Assembly: GCA_963713825.1 (NCBI GenBank)
Contig: CAVQNG010000014.1
Span: 64,001-128,000, forward strand
DNA length: 64,000 nt
Direction of reading: 5' to 3'
From: an uncultured Acidobacteriota bacterium
GTDB lineage: Bacteria; Acidobacteriota; Thermoanaerobaculia; Multivoradales; JAHEKO01
The position numbers and the translations under genes were made by a program. Positions 30,019 through 41,800 of the stretch are shown piece after piece. Numbering within the stretch: position 1 is the first letter of the stretch; every line of letters starts with the position of its first letter. Below the pieces are notes generated by a model that was not told the DNA's origin, ran no database searches, and worked only from the letters and a program-made list of their open reading frames with translations.

Positions 30019-33000
30019 TCAGGGCCACTCGGGGATCGCGGCCCAGCCGGGGAAGGGCGCGTAGCCGAGCTTCCAACCAGTCGGGGAGTCGGAATTTTCG
30101 ACGACTCGAACGTTGGTCCGCGAATGGAGCTCGGCGAGCAGCTCATCATGTGGCAGGGTGTGAAGGGGTGGTTTAGACATGTCCGGAAAAGGCCAGACTC
30201 GCACAGTCCGGTCGTCGCCTACCGAGGCAATCCAACGACCGTCGGGAGACACCGCGATGGTTCGAACGAGGCCCCGATGGCCGATTAGTAGGTGCGGTTC
30301 CTCTCCCGATACCGGGCCGACTCGCAAGGGACCGTCCAGCCCCCCACTGATGATCCACTGGTCAGAAGGATGGAGGGCGATCCGGAAGGGGTCTGGATGG
30401 GTGTCGAGGCGACGTGTCTCCCTCCCGTCGAGGCTACTCCAGGCAAGGTGGGACCGGAGATCCTCGGTGCTGTAGGCGTCGCCGTCCCAGTGCACGTCTA
30501 TTTTGAATTCACCGTTGGAACTGAGTGCCCGTGTCGCGACCATTCCCTCTTCTGCCACTACCTCGACACTGTTGTCTTCAAGATCGAAGACTCTCTCTCC
30601 ACCCGTAGCGCCCGGGACGACCCCCGCGGCCCCGACCCAGCGGAGCCTTCGGTTGTCATCGAAGCGGAGAAAGGAGGTGCTACCAGGGACCGGTCCCAGT
30701 ACCTGGACCTTGTTCGTCAGCAGGTCCCAGACACGTATGACCATCTCTTCTGCTGCGCCGTTCATCAAGGCGGAAGCTAGTAGACGGCCGTCAGGGCTGA
30801 AGTCGAGCTCCATGCCGTAACGACCCCGTCCTGGCCACTCGGCGGGCATCTCTCGAACTTCTCCTCCCTCGAGCGGAACGATCATCACCGTGGACCAGCT
30901 CGAGACCGCCACATTTCTTCCGCTCGGATCGAAGGCCATCGAGGTGAAGCCTCTGAGCCTCTCATCAGTGAGCACGCGCATCTTGCCCTCGTTCTGACCT
31001 TCGAGCGGCCAGGCAAGCAATCCGTCTCGTCCTACCGATAGCAGAAGCCAACTTCCATCTGGGCTGAACTGCAGATCACCCGCATTGCCTTCGAACCCAT
31101 GAAACACAGATCGAGATCGACTGGGCAGGGGCCAGAATGCAGCATTGCCAAGGTAGGCAGAGACGACCATCCGGCCACTGGGGTGCAGGGCGACACCGTG
31201 TGAAAAGACCTCGTCTGCCTTGCGGAGAACCAGGGGTTCAGCGGCAGGAGGTGCGCTCAAGTCCCAGAGGCGCACCGAGGCGACGCCTTGCTCCATTCCC
31301 CTGAAACCCAGCCACCTTCCGGTCGGGCCATACCCGACCCGGGACCGCACCACGACCCCCTTGAGGTTGCCCATTGCCAGGGTTCGGAGCGGCCGAGTTG
31401 ATTCTCCTTCGAGTGACCAGATCTTCAACTCTCCCAACTCATCTCGTGCCGCCACTCGATCCCCTAAGGGGTGAAACGAGAGCTCCAGAACCTCGGCCGG
31501 GTGCTGGCCGACCTGGCGGGGCGCCCGCATCCACTCGTCGAGCGAGCGAATGAAGACCCGGTCCTGCCTGTTGTAGGCCATCCTCGAGCCGTTGGTGTCG
31601 ATGTCAAAGGCATTGCCCCAGGCCGGCATACTGCCGATCAGCCGCGACTCACCTTCCTCGTAGGGCCACCAGCGAATTTCTGCCACCTCCTCATCCACCG
31701 AAACGCTGTAGTAACCATCGCCGCTCGGAGCGTGGAGTTGTCCCCGGCTGTCTTCGGCACTGCGAAGTTCCCTTCCCTCGGGAATGGAGAACCAGCGGAA
31801 CTCACCCTGCTTCTCGATAATGACCAGGTCATCGAGCGGGAACGCGACTGCCGGTGGATACAGCTGATTCGGATAGTTGACAAGAGTGATAGCTTCCTTG
31901 CCATCTTCGGGAAGCACGGTCACCCTGTCCCACCCGTTGATCGCCAGCCACTCCCCGCTCGGGCTGAACACGAGGCCAGAAGCCCGAGACTCCTCGTTCG
32001 CCGGAAGTACTGTTGCCGGGGGAGCCATCTGGAGCGCACGCAGGGCGAGCATGCGCCCCTCCTCGGTGTCGAAGACCTCGAGGCTCTTGGTCGCCCAGGC
32101 GAGTGCGGCGGTCGGATATCTGTCGATCTCGAGCTCGCCCAGGGCCAGCAGGCGACCGGATTCCGCCCGGAGACGTTCCTGCTCAGCCCGATGCCAGAAG
32201 CCAGCGACAATGGTCAGACCAACAAGGAGAAGAGTAATGACCGTGGTGACCGCAATTCCTTTCTGCCGCCTGCGGCGCTCAGCAAACGAGGTCATCGCCC
32301 TCGCGAAGGCCTCCTCGGTATCCGTCAGTCCACCTGGGTAACGCTCGCGCCAAAGCTCGTACTCCTTGAATGCGTTCCCGGTCCAGAGATAGTCCTCGGA
32401 GCGGCGGTGCTCCTCCCAGATCCGGGCCTGGCTGCGAAGCTCGTCGCGAAGCTGTGCTCCTTCGGCGTCTTGTGTCTGCCATCGCACCAGCCGCGGCCAG
32501 TTTGAAAGCAGGGACTCGTGGATGATCTCGATGCGGTGGTGCAGCCCACCGCCTTCCTCGTCGGCAGGGACCTCGAAGGAGGTGAGGAGGCGAGCGTCGA
32601 TGAGGGTGGACAGGACGCTCGCCGCTGCGCTGCGAGACCCCGCGCCAGCGGTGCCCTGTTTGTCGAAGACCGAGAACAGCTCCTGGCGGTCTCGAGAATC
32701 GCGGGTGCCCTCGGCGGTGACGAGATTGCGAAAGATCTCACGCACAATCGGCACGTTGGCTTCGCCGATGTAGTCGAGAGTCGCCTCCGCATGCTGAGCC
32801 AGGGCCCCACTCACGCCGCCGATTTGGTGGTAGCTCTTGCGAGTCAGGAGTCCGGTCTCGCGGTCGCGGCGGTCCCAGAGCTGGGCGGCGGCAAACGCGA
32901 GCAAGGGCAGGGCACCACGCTGGCCTTCGATCTCGCCCAGCATCTGCTCCACGATTCCTTCGTCCTCGAAGCCGTAGCCGCACCGCAGGGCTGGCTCGAC

Positions 33001-34605
33001 CAGAGCCCGCCGCAGAGCTGCCCCGGTCGGAGCACCCAGGAGTGTCAGATCCGTGAGGATAGGCCGCAAGGCCTCGAAGTGATGACAATGGAACAGAAAA
33101 TCATCCCGCATCGAGAGCAGGACGTGAATGTCGACTTCGAGGGGCAATCGACCCAGCACATCGGCGAACGATGACTGTACTATTGCAGTGTTCTGGGTGA
33201 AGAGCTCTTCGAATTGATCGACGATGAGGAGCGCGTGCGTGTGACTTCGACGCCACTCGGTCAGCAACTCGACCGCGACGTCGGGATCCTCGAGGTGTTG
33301 CAGGAGGTAGCTTGCGCTCGGCACATCGCGTAGCTCCACGGGCAGTGCTCGAGCGAGGTGGTCGAACGGTCGGTTCCCTGGAGTCATCACGAGCGCTTGC
33401 CAGCCGTCGATCAGCGTGGGTAGCAAGCCCGCCCTCAGGAAGGAACTTTTTCCAGCACCTGAAGGCCCGATGAGAGCGAGCAGATGAGGCCGCCTAAGCT
33501 TCTTCCACAGCGATTCGATTTCCAGCTCTCTGCCGTAGAAGTGATCCGCATCCTCCTCTTGGAAGGCTGCCAATCCCGGATAGGGGCGGGCCTGTTCGTC
33601 ACCGACGGCTCGTAGAGTCACCTCCTCGAGGGCTCTGGCCAGCTCTGCCGCGCTCGAGAAGCGTTCGCCGGGAGCCGGCGTAGCACACCGACGAATCACG
33701 CGTGACCAGGGGGTCTCGGTCACATGGGGTCCTTCCTGATGGAGTGCCTCCCAGATCGCTTGTCGATCCTCGAAGGTCTTGACCCCATGCGGTTCAACCA
33801 TCTCCGCCAGAAGGATGCCGGCTGAGAAGACATCCGAGCGGGCATCCAGATCGGCGCCCCGGGCTTGCTCGGGGGACATGTAGGGCGGTGTCCCGGCTAC
33901 GAAACCACTTCTGCTGTCGCCAAGGCCTTTGGTGATGCCGAAGTCCATGACGACGACCCGGCCGGTGCGGGTCATCATGACGTTCTCGGGCTTGATGTCG
34001 CGGTGCACGAGGCCGGCATCGTGAATCGCTTCCAGTCCCGCCAGGAACTGCGAGGCGATCTCTCGGGCTTCAACGAGGTCCAGGGGAGAGCGCTCCTCGA
34101 GAATCTCCTGGAGCGTCGTCCCATCGATGTACTCCATCAGCACCAGCTCCTGGCCGTCGAGTTCCTCGAGATCGTAGACGCGGCAGACGTTGGGTGAGAT
34201 CACTCGGCGTGCCGCTCGGACTTCCTTGCGCAGGGCCTCGAGCGCTTCCCTGTTCTGGATCAGCTCGGGGCGCAGTGCTTTCAGTGCCACATCCTGACGG
34301 AGCTTCAGGTCGTAGGCTCTCCAGACGTCACCCATGCCGCCTCGCCCGACAAGCGAGCGAAAACGGTAGCGACCGCCGAGGACTCGGCCTTCCTGGAAGG
34401 TGTCGCCTGGAGGGAGGTGCTCTCGGTCTACTTCCGACTCCGCCAACACCTCGGCCTCGATAGAGGTGTCGTCGAGTGCCATCGAAAGAAGGCAGCTCGG
34501 GCACAGTCCTTCGCTACCACCCTTCCTCGAAAGGGGTACCCCACATGTCGGGCACTGGACCGATGCGGCCTTCATGGTCTCTCTCCCATCCTCGGCCGTG
34601 GGCAT
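30019..34605 (-). CDS. Ser/Thr kinase - STAND NTPase - TM - WD40 repeat protein
   Basis: CPTC/CPSC knuckle; [17 protein letters not shown]; [36 protein letters not shown] (nSTAND1-like); TM helix; WD40 repeats. Confidence 0.92.
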   Translation of the reverse strand: MPTAEDGRETMKAASVQCPTCGVPLSRKGGSEGLCPSCLLSMALDDTSIEAEVLAESEVDREHLPPGDTFQEGRVLGGRYRFRSLVGRGGMGDVWRAYDLKLRQDVALKALRPELIQNREALEALRKEVRAARRVISPNVCRVYDLEELDGQELVLMEYIDGTTLQEILEERSPLDLVEAREIASQFLAGLEAIHDAGLVHRDIKPENVMMTRTGRVVVMDFGITKGLGDSRSGFVAGTPPYMSPEQARGADLDARSDVFSAGILLAEMVEPHGVKTFEDRQAIWEALHQEGPHVTETPWSRVIRRCATPAPGERFSSAAELARALEEVTLRAVGDEQARPYPGLAAFQEEDADHFYGRELEIESLWKKLRRPHLLALIGPSGAGKSSFLRAGLLPTLIDGWQALVMTPGNRPFDHLARALPVELRDVPSASYLLQHLEDPDVAVELLTEWRRSHTHALLIVDQFEELFTQNTAIVQSSFADVLGRLPLEVDIHVLLSMRDDFLFHCHHFEALRPILTDLTLLGAPTGAALRRALVEPALRCGYGFEDEGIVEQMLGEIEGQRGALPLLAFAAAQLWDRRDRETGLLTRKSYHQIGGVSGALAQHAEATLDYIGEANVPIVREIFRNLVTAEGTRDSRDRQELFSVFDKQGTAGAGSRSAAASVLSTLIDARLLTSFEVPADEEGGGLHHRIEIIHESLLSNWPRLVRWQTQDAEGAQLRDELRSQARIWEEHRRSEDYLWTGNAFKEYELWRERYPGGLTDTEEAFARAMTSFAERRRRQKGIAVTTVITLLLVGLTIVAGFWHRAEQERLRAESGRLLALGELEIDRYPTAALAWATKSLEVFDTEEGRMLALRALQMAPPATVLPANEESRASGLVFSPSGEWLAINGWDRVTVLPEDGKEAITLVNYPNQLYPPAVAFPLDDLVIIEKQGEFRWFSIPEGRELRSAEDSRGQLHAPSGDGYYSVSVDEEVAEIRWWPYEEGESRLIGSMPAWGNAFDIDTNGSRMAYNRQDRVFIRSLDEWMRAPRQVGQHPAEVLELSFHPLGDRVAARDELGELKIWSLEGESTRPLRTLAMGNLKGVVVRSRVGYGPTGRWLGFRGMEQGVASVRLWDLSAPPAAEPLVLRKADEVFSHGVALHPSGRMVVSAYLGNAAFWPLPSRSRSVFHGFEGNAGDLQFSPDGSWLLLSVGRDGLLAWPLEGQNEGKMRVLTDERLRGFTSMAFDPSGRNVAVSSWSTVMIVPLEGGEVREMPAEWPGRGRYGMELDFSPDGRLLASALMNGAAEEMVIRVWDLLTNKVQVLGPVPGSTSFLRFDDNRRLRWVGAAGVVPGATGGERVFDLEDNSVEVVAEEGMVATRALSSNGEFKIDVHWDGDAYSTEDLRSHLAWSSLDGRETRRLDTHPDPFRIALHPSDQWIISGGLDGPLRVGPVSGEEPHLLIGHRGLVRTIAVSPDGRWIASVGDDRTVRVWPFPDMSKPPLHTLPHDELLAELHSRTNVRVVENSDSPTGWKLGYAPFPGWAAIPEWP

Positions 34606-34652
34606 CCACGGTCGTCAGGCTCGAGAGAAATAGACCGAAGCCAGGCTAGGTG

Positions 34653-35381
34653 TTACTTCACTTGGCCTGACTGGGGTTTCACGACTTCCAGGAGATGCCG
34701 AATCTCATCATCGACATCATCGGGGTCGGCGACGATCTCTGATATTTCGGTGCGCAGGCACTGGCCGAAGCGCTTTCGAAGGCGGTGGACGGCGGTTCTC
34801 ACCGCCCCTTCGTTCATACCCAGGGCATGGGCGACCTGGTTGTAGGGTGCCTGAGGCTCCGCGCTGGTCAGGTACTGCCTGAGCAGTTCGAATTGGTTCG
34901 GATCGCCGTAGGCATTTGACTGATCGCGTAGGCGATCCATAGCGCGGTCGAGTACAGTCAACGCCCAACCCTCCTCGAAGACTTCCTCCGGTGTGCGACT
35001 GGCAGGCTCGCCCTCGTAGAACTCCTCAGCGACGTCGGTGGCCAGAGACAGTACCCGGGTCCTGCCACCACGCTTGAGAGTTCGGTCCCGTCTTCGCTCG
35101 TGTGCGAGGAAGTGACGGAGAGATGCCAGCAGGAAGGAGCGAAATCGACCTTTCGACGGATCGACGTTAGCCAGGAGATCCTTCTCCATGAGCTCTGTGA
35201 AGAAGCCTTGCGTCAAATCCATGGCTTCGTCGGGACTCGAGCCATGGTGCCGGATATAGGCGTAGAGGGGCTGCCAGTAGGTCTGGCAGAGGCTTTCCAG
35301 GGCCGCCCGCGCTTCCGTGTCGGAACCGTCTCTGGCGGCGAGTACCTGGCTCCACTGAGTCGTGGCCACCTTGCCGCTCAT
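34653..35381 (-). CDS. ECF sigma-70 factor of the kinase-associated type
   Basis: TTQWSQVLAA, LCQTYWQPLYAYIR, DLTQGFF, GRFRSFLL, AVRTAVHRLRKR. Confidence 0.9.
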   Translation of the reverse strand: MSGKVATTQWSQVLAARDGSDTEARAALESLCQTYWQPLYAYIRHHGSSPDEAMDLTQGFFTELMEKDLLANVDPSKGRFRSFLLASLRHFLAHERRRDRTLKRGGRTRVLSLATDVAEEFYEGEPASRTPEEVFEEGWALTVLDRAMDRLRDQSNAYGDPNQFELLRQYLTSAEPQAPYNQVAHALGMNEGAVRTAVHRLRKRFGQCLRTEISEIVADPDDVDDEIRHLLEVVKPQSGQVK

Positions 35382-35700
35382 GCTCCCTCCCGTAGGAGCA
35401 ACCGAAACAACAGTCTGGACGAGCTCGCACCGCGAGGCCGTCCGCAGAGTCAGCTTGGTTCTTCGGACCCGTCAAGAGTACAGGAAGTCCTTTCAAGAAG
35501 CACTACCTGTCGAGGTAGGAATAGGTACGTCCTTGCACCGACAAGGGGGTGACCGATGGTTCTAGTTGCTCGGAGCAGCGCCGGCGGTAGCGGCCTCGTG
35601 GTCTAGTGCCATGTTGGTGACGTAGGTTGTGGTTGACAATTCCGGATCATGGCACTGCCGCCGCTACCGCCAGTGTACTCGTGAGTGAATGCCCGCCGCC

Positions 35701-36648
35701 TCAGTCGGAGGGTGATCGACAATCGCCGTCAAGAGGCTTCACGTCAGCGTCGTGTACAGAGAAACAGCTTGGCGTGGTGGCCCCTGCCACAGCACCATCC
35801 AGCTGCGAATGGAGCAGGGACGCGACCCCGTAGTTGCAGATCCCTCCCCTGATCTCCGAGCTTCGGACTGTCATTGAGCCAAGGGTCCCAACTGTAATCG
35901 CACAGGCTTCTCCGAGAACTGAAGTCCGCTGCAGCCCAGTCAGGCCGTAGCCCAGGATGCCTTGTGATCCTGGGCCGTCGGCAACGATTATCGAGTTCCT
36001 GACTTCGAGAACTGACTCGGCTGAAAAAGCGACGATGCCGTAGGAGCCGCGTTCATCGCTTGTGGCCAGCAGCGTGACGCCATCTAGGACCGCCGTTGAT
36101 CTGGCGATTCTGATACCAGAGCCCCAGCCTGAGGTCGGAGCGATCTCAATCGTCACATGCTTGAGGTATGTTGGTCCCGCGTACCAGATTTCGATACCCC
36201 GTGGTTCGTGGCCCGAGGCTCTGATCGTGACGTCAGAAACGGATGCGGATTGACCGGAGCCTACCCACAGGACCCTCTCGCAGGAAGCGGCACCTTCGAG
36301 GGTGAGTGATCGGAGCTCCGCGTGACTGGAACCGCTGATGGCGTAGTCTCTACCTGAGACGATTTTCGTCAATGCCTCGCCTGCGCCCTCAATGTCAACG
36401 AAAGGCTTCATGTCGATTTGTTCTTCATAGACCCCGGGTGCCACGTACACCAGATAGGGGTTGTCCTCCGTCGCATCTGTGATGCTGTCGAGTGCCGCTT
36501 GTATGGAGTGGAAGGCTGCACCGTTCTTTGCTACCTGGATGATGTTGTTCGTGCCGCCCCACTTGTTCCAGAGCTGTCCTTCGACCGTCGCGGCACGGAG
36601 GAGCAGCAGAGTAATGACGATCCCTGTCCTCAGTCGATGGTGAATCAT
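35701..36648 (-). CDS. Secreted pectin-lyase-like beta-helix protein (paralog 1)
   Basis: Signal peptide; VAKNGAAFHSIQAALDSI...VAPGVYEE, then beta-helix-like repeats. Confidence 0.7.
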   Translation of the reverse strand: MIHHRLRTGIVITLLLLRAATVEGQLWNKWGGTNNIIQVAKNGAAFHSIQAALDSITDATEDNPYLVYVAPGVYEEQIDMKPFVDIEGAGEALTKIVSGRDYAISGSSHAELRSLTLEGAASCERVLWVGSGQSASVSDVTIRASGHEPRGIEIWYAGPTYLKHVTIEIAPTSGWGSGIRIARSTAVLDGVTLLATSDERGSYGIVAFSAESVLEVRNSIIVADGPGSQGILGYGLTGLQRTSVLGEACAITVGTLGSMTVRSSEIRGGICNYGVASLLHSQLDGAVAGATTPSCFSVHDADVKPLDGDCRSPSD

Positions 36649-36708
36649 GATCTGTCCTCCTTCGCTGTGATCGGTGCTGATTGGGCACGACGAGATAAGC
36701 TAGCATCC

Positions 36709-37668
36709 TCACTCGAGAATTGGCTGACAATGCTCGTCCAGAGCGCTCATTTTGGGGCCGCAGGTGGAGAAGCAGGAGACACTGTCCCCAGACACATGAT
36801 CCGTGAGCTCCGAGTGGGAGATTGCAACGTCCTCCCCGAGCCCGGTGGCAATCGCTCCACTGATCTCTGAATGCTTTATCTTCAGCGCCCCATAAGACCC
36901 GACGGCCCAGCTGTCTCCAGCAACCGTCACATGCTTCAGAACGGCCGACGAGCCTCCGGCGAAGACGCTGATGGACGCCGGTTCACCCTCGACGACAATG
37001 CTCGAATTCGTCATCTCGAAGTCGTCCCGAAGGTAAACACCGGTGTTGGTGCATTCGTCATTCGCAACCAGCATCGAGAGGTCGTCAAACAGCAGAACAG
37101 GCGTGCAGCCCAACATGCATCTGCCAAGAATGCCGTTGCCACGACACAGGCCTGACTCCGGAGTTGGGACTACCGCTACCGTCACGTCCTTCAGAGTCAG
37201 ATCTCCGCAACAGGTACCAATGCCGGTGGCCCATCTGCCGGACGCCTTGATGGTGACGTGAGTGATCTTCAGAGCAGCCCGGTTGTCGATCGCGGTGCAG
37301 CTGTCGATTCCGGTGCATTCAACAGTCAGCGATCGCAGCGCCGCGTCGGCGCCCTTGAGGGTTCTTGGCCCCGCGGAGACAATCCTCGTAAGGTGCTCGC
37401 CGGCGCCCTCGATGTCCACGAAGTGCTTCATGACGACCCGCCCTGCGTAGACTCCGGGTGCTACGTACACCAGATAGGGGTTGTCTTCACTTGCATCCGT
37501 GATGCTGTCCAGGGCGGCTTGAATGGAGCGAAAACCCCGGCCGCTCTTGGCGACGATGACGATTTGATCGGTCATGCCCAATCGGTTCACCAGCTGCCCA
37601 TCGGCGTTCAGGGCGCCGAGCAGCAGCAAGACAGTGAAAGCTACGATGAGTGATCTGTTCTGGGTCAT
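36709..37668 (-). CDS. Secreted pectin-lyase-like beta-helix protein (paralog 2)
   Basis: ATG at 37668 with GGAGG upstream; VAKSGRGFRSIQAALDSI...VAPGVY. Confidence 0.7.
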   Translation of the reverse strand: MTQNRSLIVAFTVLLLLGALNADGQLVNRLGMTDQIVIVAKSGRGFRSIQAALDSITDASEDNPYLVYVAPGVYAGRVVMKHFVDIEGAGEHLTRIVSAGPRTLKGADAALRSLTVECTGIDSCTAIDNRAALKITHVTIKASGRWATGIGTCCGDLTLKDVTVAVVPTPESGLCRGNGILGRCMLGCTPVLLFDDLSMLVANDECTNTGVYLRDDFEMTNSSIVVEGEPASISVFAGGSSAVLKHVTVAGDSWAVGSYGALKIKHSEISGAIATGLGEDVAISHSELTDHVSGDSVSCFSTCGPKMSALDEHCQPILE

Positions 37669-37698
37669 ATTGGCCCTCCTTCCTGGTCGTCCACTAGA

Positions 37699-37726
37699 AG
37701 AAGGCCGCAACCAACAGATTCGTTAC
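37699..37726 (-). promoter_or_regulatory. Putative ECF sigma promoter, copy 2
   Basis: Minus strand GTAACGAATCTGT-N7-GGCCTTCT, 30 bp upstream of ATG 37668. Confidence 0.6.
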
Positions 37727-38016
37727 ACCCCGGTCAACGAAGTTGCCCCGCGGACCAACGCACTGGAAGCAAGTGCGCGCCACCACGAACAATCGCGCCG
37801 GCTCATCGGGTCAGACAGATCGAGAGGCGAGGACAGAAGTCCTCTTCGGGACTCTAGTTCGGGCGAAGTCGGCACCGAACCGGTCCTGTGGAGCTTCCTG
37901 GAAGGGTCGGCGGCGCAGCAGAACCGCCGGCTGGCTCAGGGCTTGGGGGATGGAGCCGTTTCCCGAAGTTTCCGTTCAGCGAGGGTGAGAAGGGAAGTTC
38001 AAGATCGGAATCGAGA

Positions 38017-38418
38017 TCACCGTTTCCGCAGGACGCTCTCGAGGCTCCAGATCCCAGACCCCTTGGTGGCGATGTACAGAAACAGGAACGCGTAGAGGGC
38101 AGCCAGCTCTCCCCGATTCTGGATGGGAAGGGGACCTTGGGGTTGGTGCACGAGGAAGTAGGCGAAAGCCATCAGACCGCTGGCGAGAAATGCAGCCCAG
38201 CTCGTCCCGATACCCAGCAGGATGGCAAGTCCACCAACCAGCTCGATGATGCCAGCCACCCCTCCTCGTGACACGAGCTCGACCGTTCCGCCGTCTCCGC
38301 CCGCCCCGCCGAATAGGCCGAGGAGCTTCTGCGCACCATGGCAAAGAAAGAGAAATCCAGCCACGATCCGCAGCATCGCATAGGTCTGGTCCGAGTACTT
38401 TCCGAGGAATCTCTTCAT
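38017..38418 (-). CDS. DoxX-family membrane protein
   Basis: LRIVAGFLFLCHGAQKLLG, IELVGG, MAFAYFLVH, NRGELA. Confidence 0.9.
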   Translation of the reverse strand: MKRFLGKYSDQTYAMLRIVAGFLFLCHGAQKLLGLFGGAGGDGGTVELVSRGGVAGIIELVGGLAILLGIGTSWAAFLASGLMAFAYFLVHQPQGPLPIQNRGELAALYAFLFLYIATKGSGIWSLESVLRKR

Positions 38419-38536
38419 TTTCGACTCCCTGATCTCTTCTACTCCTACCTTGTTAAAGTCCGCCCCCAGTTTCCCATAAGTGACCGGGAGGTCCAACCAG
38501 TTGCTGCTCAACCGAATGGTGTGAAGAGGTCTCGAC

Positions 38537-38627
38537 TGGCGCGCCGGCAGGGACTCGCTCCTGGGTGTGGTGGGCGGGTGTGGACGGCGACCAAAGGGAG
38601 CCACACCCTGAACCCCCAGATTCGAAG
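38537..38627 (-). repeat. tRNA-Arg 3' half (att scar B), split by a 47-bp insertion
   Basis: TGGCGCGCCGGCAGGGACTCG (38537-38557) + insert + ACCCtGAACCCCCAGATtCGAAG (38605-38627). Confidence 0.85.
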
Positions 38628-38826
38628 GTGCGATGCTGAAGCCTGTGAAGCAGTGAGACCGGAGATCGTCGGGTCCACGGCTACCACTGGACCATCTCGA
38701 TCGCACTCCTCCCTGGTATATCTGCAAGGAATCCGTGGATCGCGAAGATGACGTAGGGGCCGAGCTCAATCGGGCCTCGACAGCGAAATTGGCGCTGGCG
38801 ATCGAAAATCTACGTTGACAGCCGTG

Positions 38827-41800
38827 TCAGGCGATCGCCTGCTGGTCGGGACTTTCGTCGGCCCACTTTCGTTTCGATGCCCGGGATAGTGCCACCCAAT
38901 TGGCGACCGTCGAGTAGGTCACGGGAATCAATATCAGGGTAACCAGAGTCGAAGCCAGCAGCCCGCCGATGACGACGCGGGCAAGCGAAGCCTGAATCTC
39001 GCCGCCCACACCGAGGCCCAGGGCGAGGGGTACCAGGCCGAGCACGGTGGTCGCAGTGGTGATAAGGATGGGTCGGAGCCGCAATCGACCCGCCTCGATG
39101 ATCGCATCGGCAGCACCCATCTGGCGCTCGCGCCGGAGCAGGTTGATGGCATCGACCAACACGATGGCGTTGTTGACCACGATGCCGATCAGCATGACCA
39201 GCCCCATGACACTCTGGATGTTGAGAGTGGTTCCGGTCAGCAACAAAGTGGGCACCACCCCGATGAGAGCCATTGGCACCGCGAGCATGACGATAAGTGG
39301 ATCGAAGAAGCGCTCGAACTGGGCGGCCATCAGCATATAGACCAGCACCAGCGCCATGATGATGGCGATGGTGAAGTCGCGCCGAGCCGCGATCTGCTCT
39401 TCGTACTGCCCCCCATAGAGAATCGTGAAACCGCTCGGTAGCTCGAGACCTGCGAGGGCGGCTCGCACCCCTTCGACCGCATCGCCGAGGGCGACACCGC
39501 TCTCGAGATTGGCGGTCACGTAGGTGACCCGCTGCCCGTCGACACGATCGATCTCCACCGGTCCACGGCCGCGCTGTCGCTCGACCAAGCTGGAGAGTGC
39601 CACCACGGCGCCCTGCGGTGTTCGCAGGGTGACGCCGTCGAGGTCCTGGGAGATCTGTCGGTCTTGTCGTCGCAACCGGACGGTGATCGGGAATTCGTAG
39701 CCTGCCTCACGGTAGCGGCCGGCTTCGATGCCGGCAACGTTGGCCAACAGGGTCTGGCCGACTTCGCGCACCGACAGTCCCAATTCGGAGATCCGCTCGC
39801 GATCGAGAATCAGCCGCTCCTCGGGTCGTCCTTCGCGGCGGCTGACACGAACGTCGGTCACGCCGGGCACCGCTTCCATGCGCCGTCGCATATCAGCGGC
39901 GATGCGGTCGGCTCGGTCCAGCTCCCAGCCACGAAGCTCGAGCTCCAGGGCATCGCTGCCGCCCCCCGAGCTGAAGACTCGATTGAGCATCCAGAGTCCT
40001 TGTTGTGCCTCGACCTCCAGCAGTCCCCCTGGCACCCGCCCATCGACCTCGCGACGCACCAGATCCGCCAGCTCGGAGCTCGCCAACTGACGCTGGTTCT
40101 GTGACTCCAGCTTGAGCTCCACGGCGGCATTGTCGCCTCGAATCTCGGTCGAAAAAAGGCGAACGTCGCCAGCCGGTACGACGGCTCGCACCCTGTCTTC
40201 GAGCTCATCGGTGTAGGCGCGGGCGACCGCGATATTGGTGCCACGCTCCATTTCGAGCTGAATGTCGATCTCGTCGGCTTCCGTTTGGGGTGCGAGCTCG
40301 ACCGGGATCAGGGGCCAGGCGGCGATAGCCAGAGCCAGAGCCAAACCGGTCAAGGCAAAAACGCGTCCGCGATGCCTCATGGCGAATCGCAGCCGATCGG
40401 TGTACCAGCTCTCGAGCCTGCGCTGTAGGCGATGGTGTGGTGATCTTTCCAATTCCTCGCGTGGTGGCAGATGGAGAAACCGCGATGCAAGCATCGGCAC
40501 CAGTGTCAACGCGACAAACAGCGAGCAGATGAGTGCAAAGACAACGACCAGGGCGAGAGCTTGAAAAAGCGCTCCGGTGGTCGTGCGGGTGAAAACGACA
40601 GGCACGAAGATCACGCAGGTGGTCAGCGTCGACGCGGTGATGGCGCCGGCCACGTCACGAGTTCCTATTCGGGCCGCTTCCGGCGGCGGCAGATCCTCTT
40701 CCTCGCGCTTGCGGACGATGCTCTCCAGAACCACGATGGCGCTGTCGACGATCAGTCCGACCCCGAGGGCGAGACCGCCGAAGGTCATCTGATTGAGGGT
40801 CTGACCGCCGAAGAAGAGAAGTGCGAAGGTAGCAATCACCGAAATCGGGATCGCCAGTGTGATGATCAGTGTGCTCGAACGGTTGCGCAGGAAGAGGTAC
40901 AAGACGCCGATGGCGAGAAAGGACCCCCAGATCGCTGATCTCTGGACGTTGCCAATCGACTGTCGGATGAAATCGCTCTGGTCGACGACGACGGTCAGCT
41001 GGATATCGTCACGCTCCTGGTTGATCAGCTCCGCTTCGTGCCGAACGGCCCGTGCAACCTCCACGGTGTTGCCACCACTCTGCTTCTGGATTCCGAGACT
41101 GATCGAGGGAACACCGTTCATCTCGACGAGGTAGCGCACGTCCTCGTAGGCGTCGCGCACTTCGCCGATATCCCGCACGCGCACCGGTCGACCGCCAGGA
41201 GTGGCGACCACGGTGAGGGCGATCTCCTCGAGGGACCGATACTCCCCGAGGCTGCGGATATAGAGGTCGTTGAAACCGCTTTTCACCGTGCCGGTTGGGA
41301 GCGTCACATTCTCCCGCGCCAAGGCTCGCTCGACATCGAGTGCGGTCAGACCCGTCGCCTGCAGGCGGTCGCGGTCGAGCTCGACCCGGATCTCGCGATA
41401 GACGCCTCCACGAATGTCGATGGCGCCCACACCGGGGATTTGTTCGAACCGGCGGGCCAACTCATCCTCGAGCAGTCGCGTCACCTCTTCGAGGTCACGC
41501 GTCGAGGTTACAGCCAGGCTCACCACCTCGACGCGGTCGAGGTCGAGCTTGAAAACGCGCGGCGCAGAGGCCTCCACAGGCAGGTCATCCCGCAATCCGT
41601 CGAGGGCTGCTCGCAGGTCGTTGGCCGCTTCGTCGATACTCGTACCGCGAGCAAACTCGAGCCTGACCCGGCTGCTGCCCTCTTCAGACTGAGAAGTCAC
41701 CCTCTCCAAGTTGGGTAGCCCGGCGACGGCGTTCTCGATCCGGTCGGTAATGATCTGCTCGACTTCCTCTGGACCGACATTCGGATAGCCGACCCGCACG

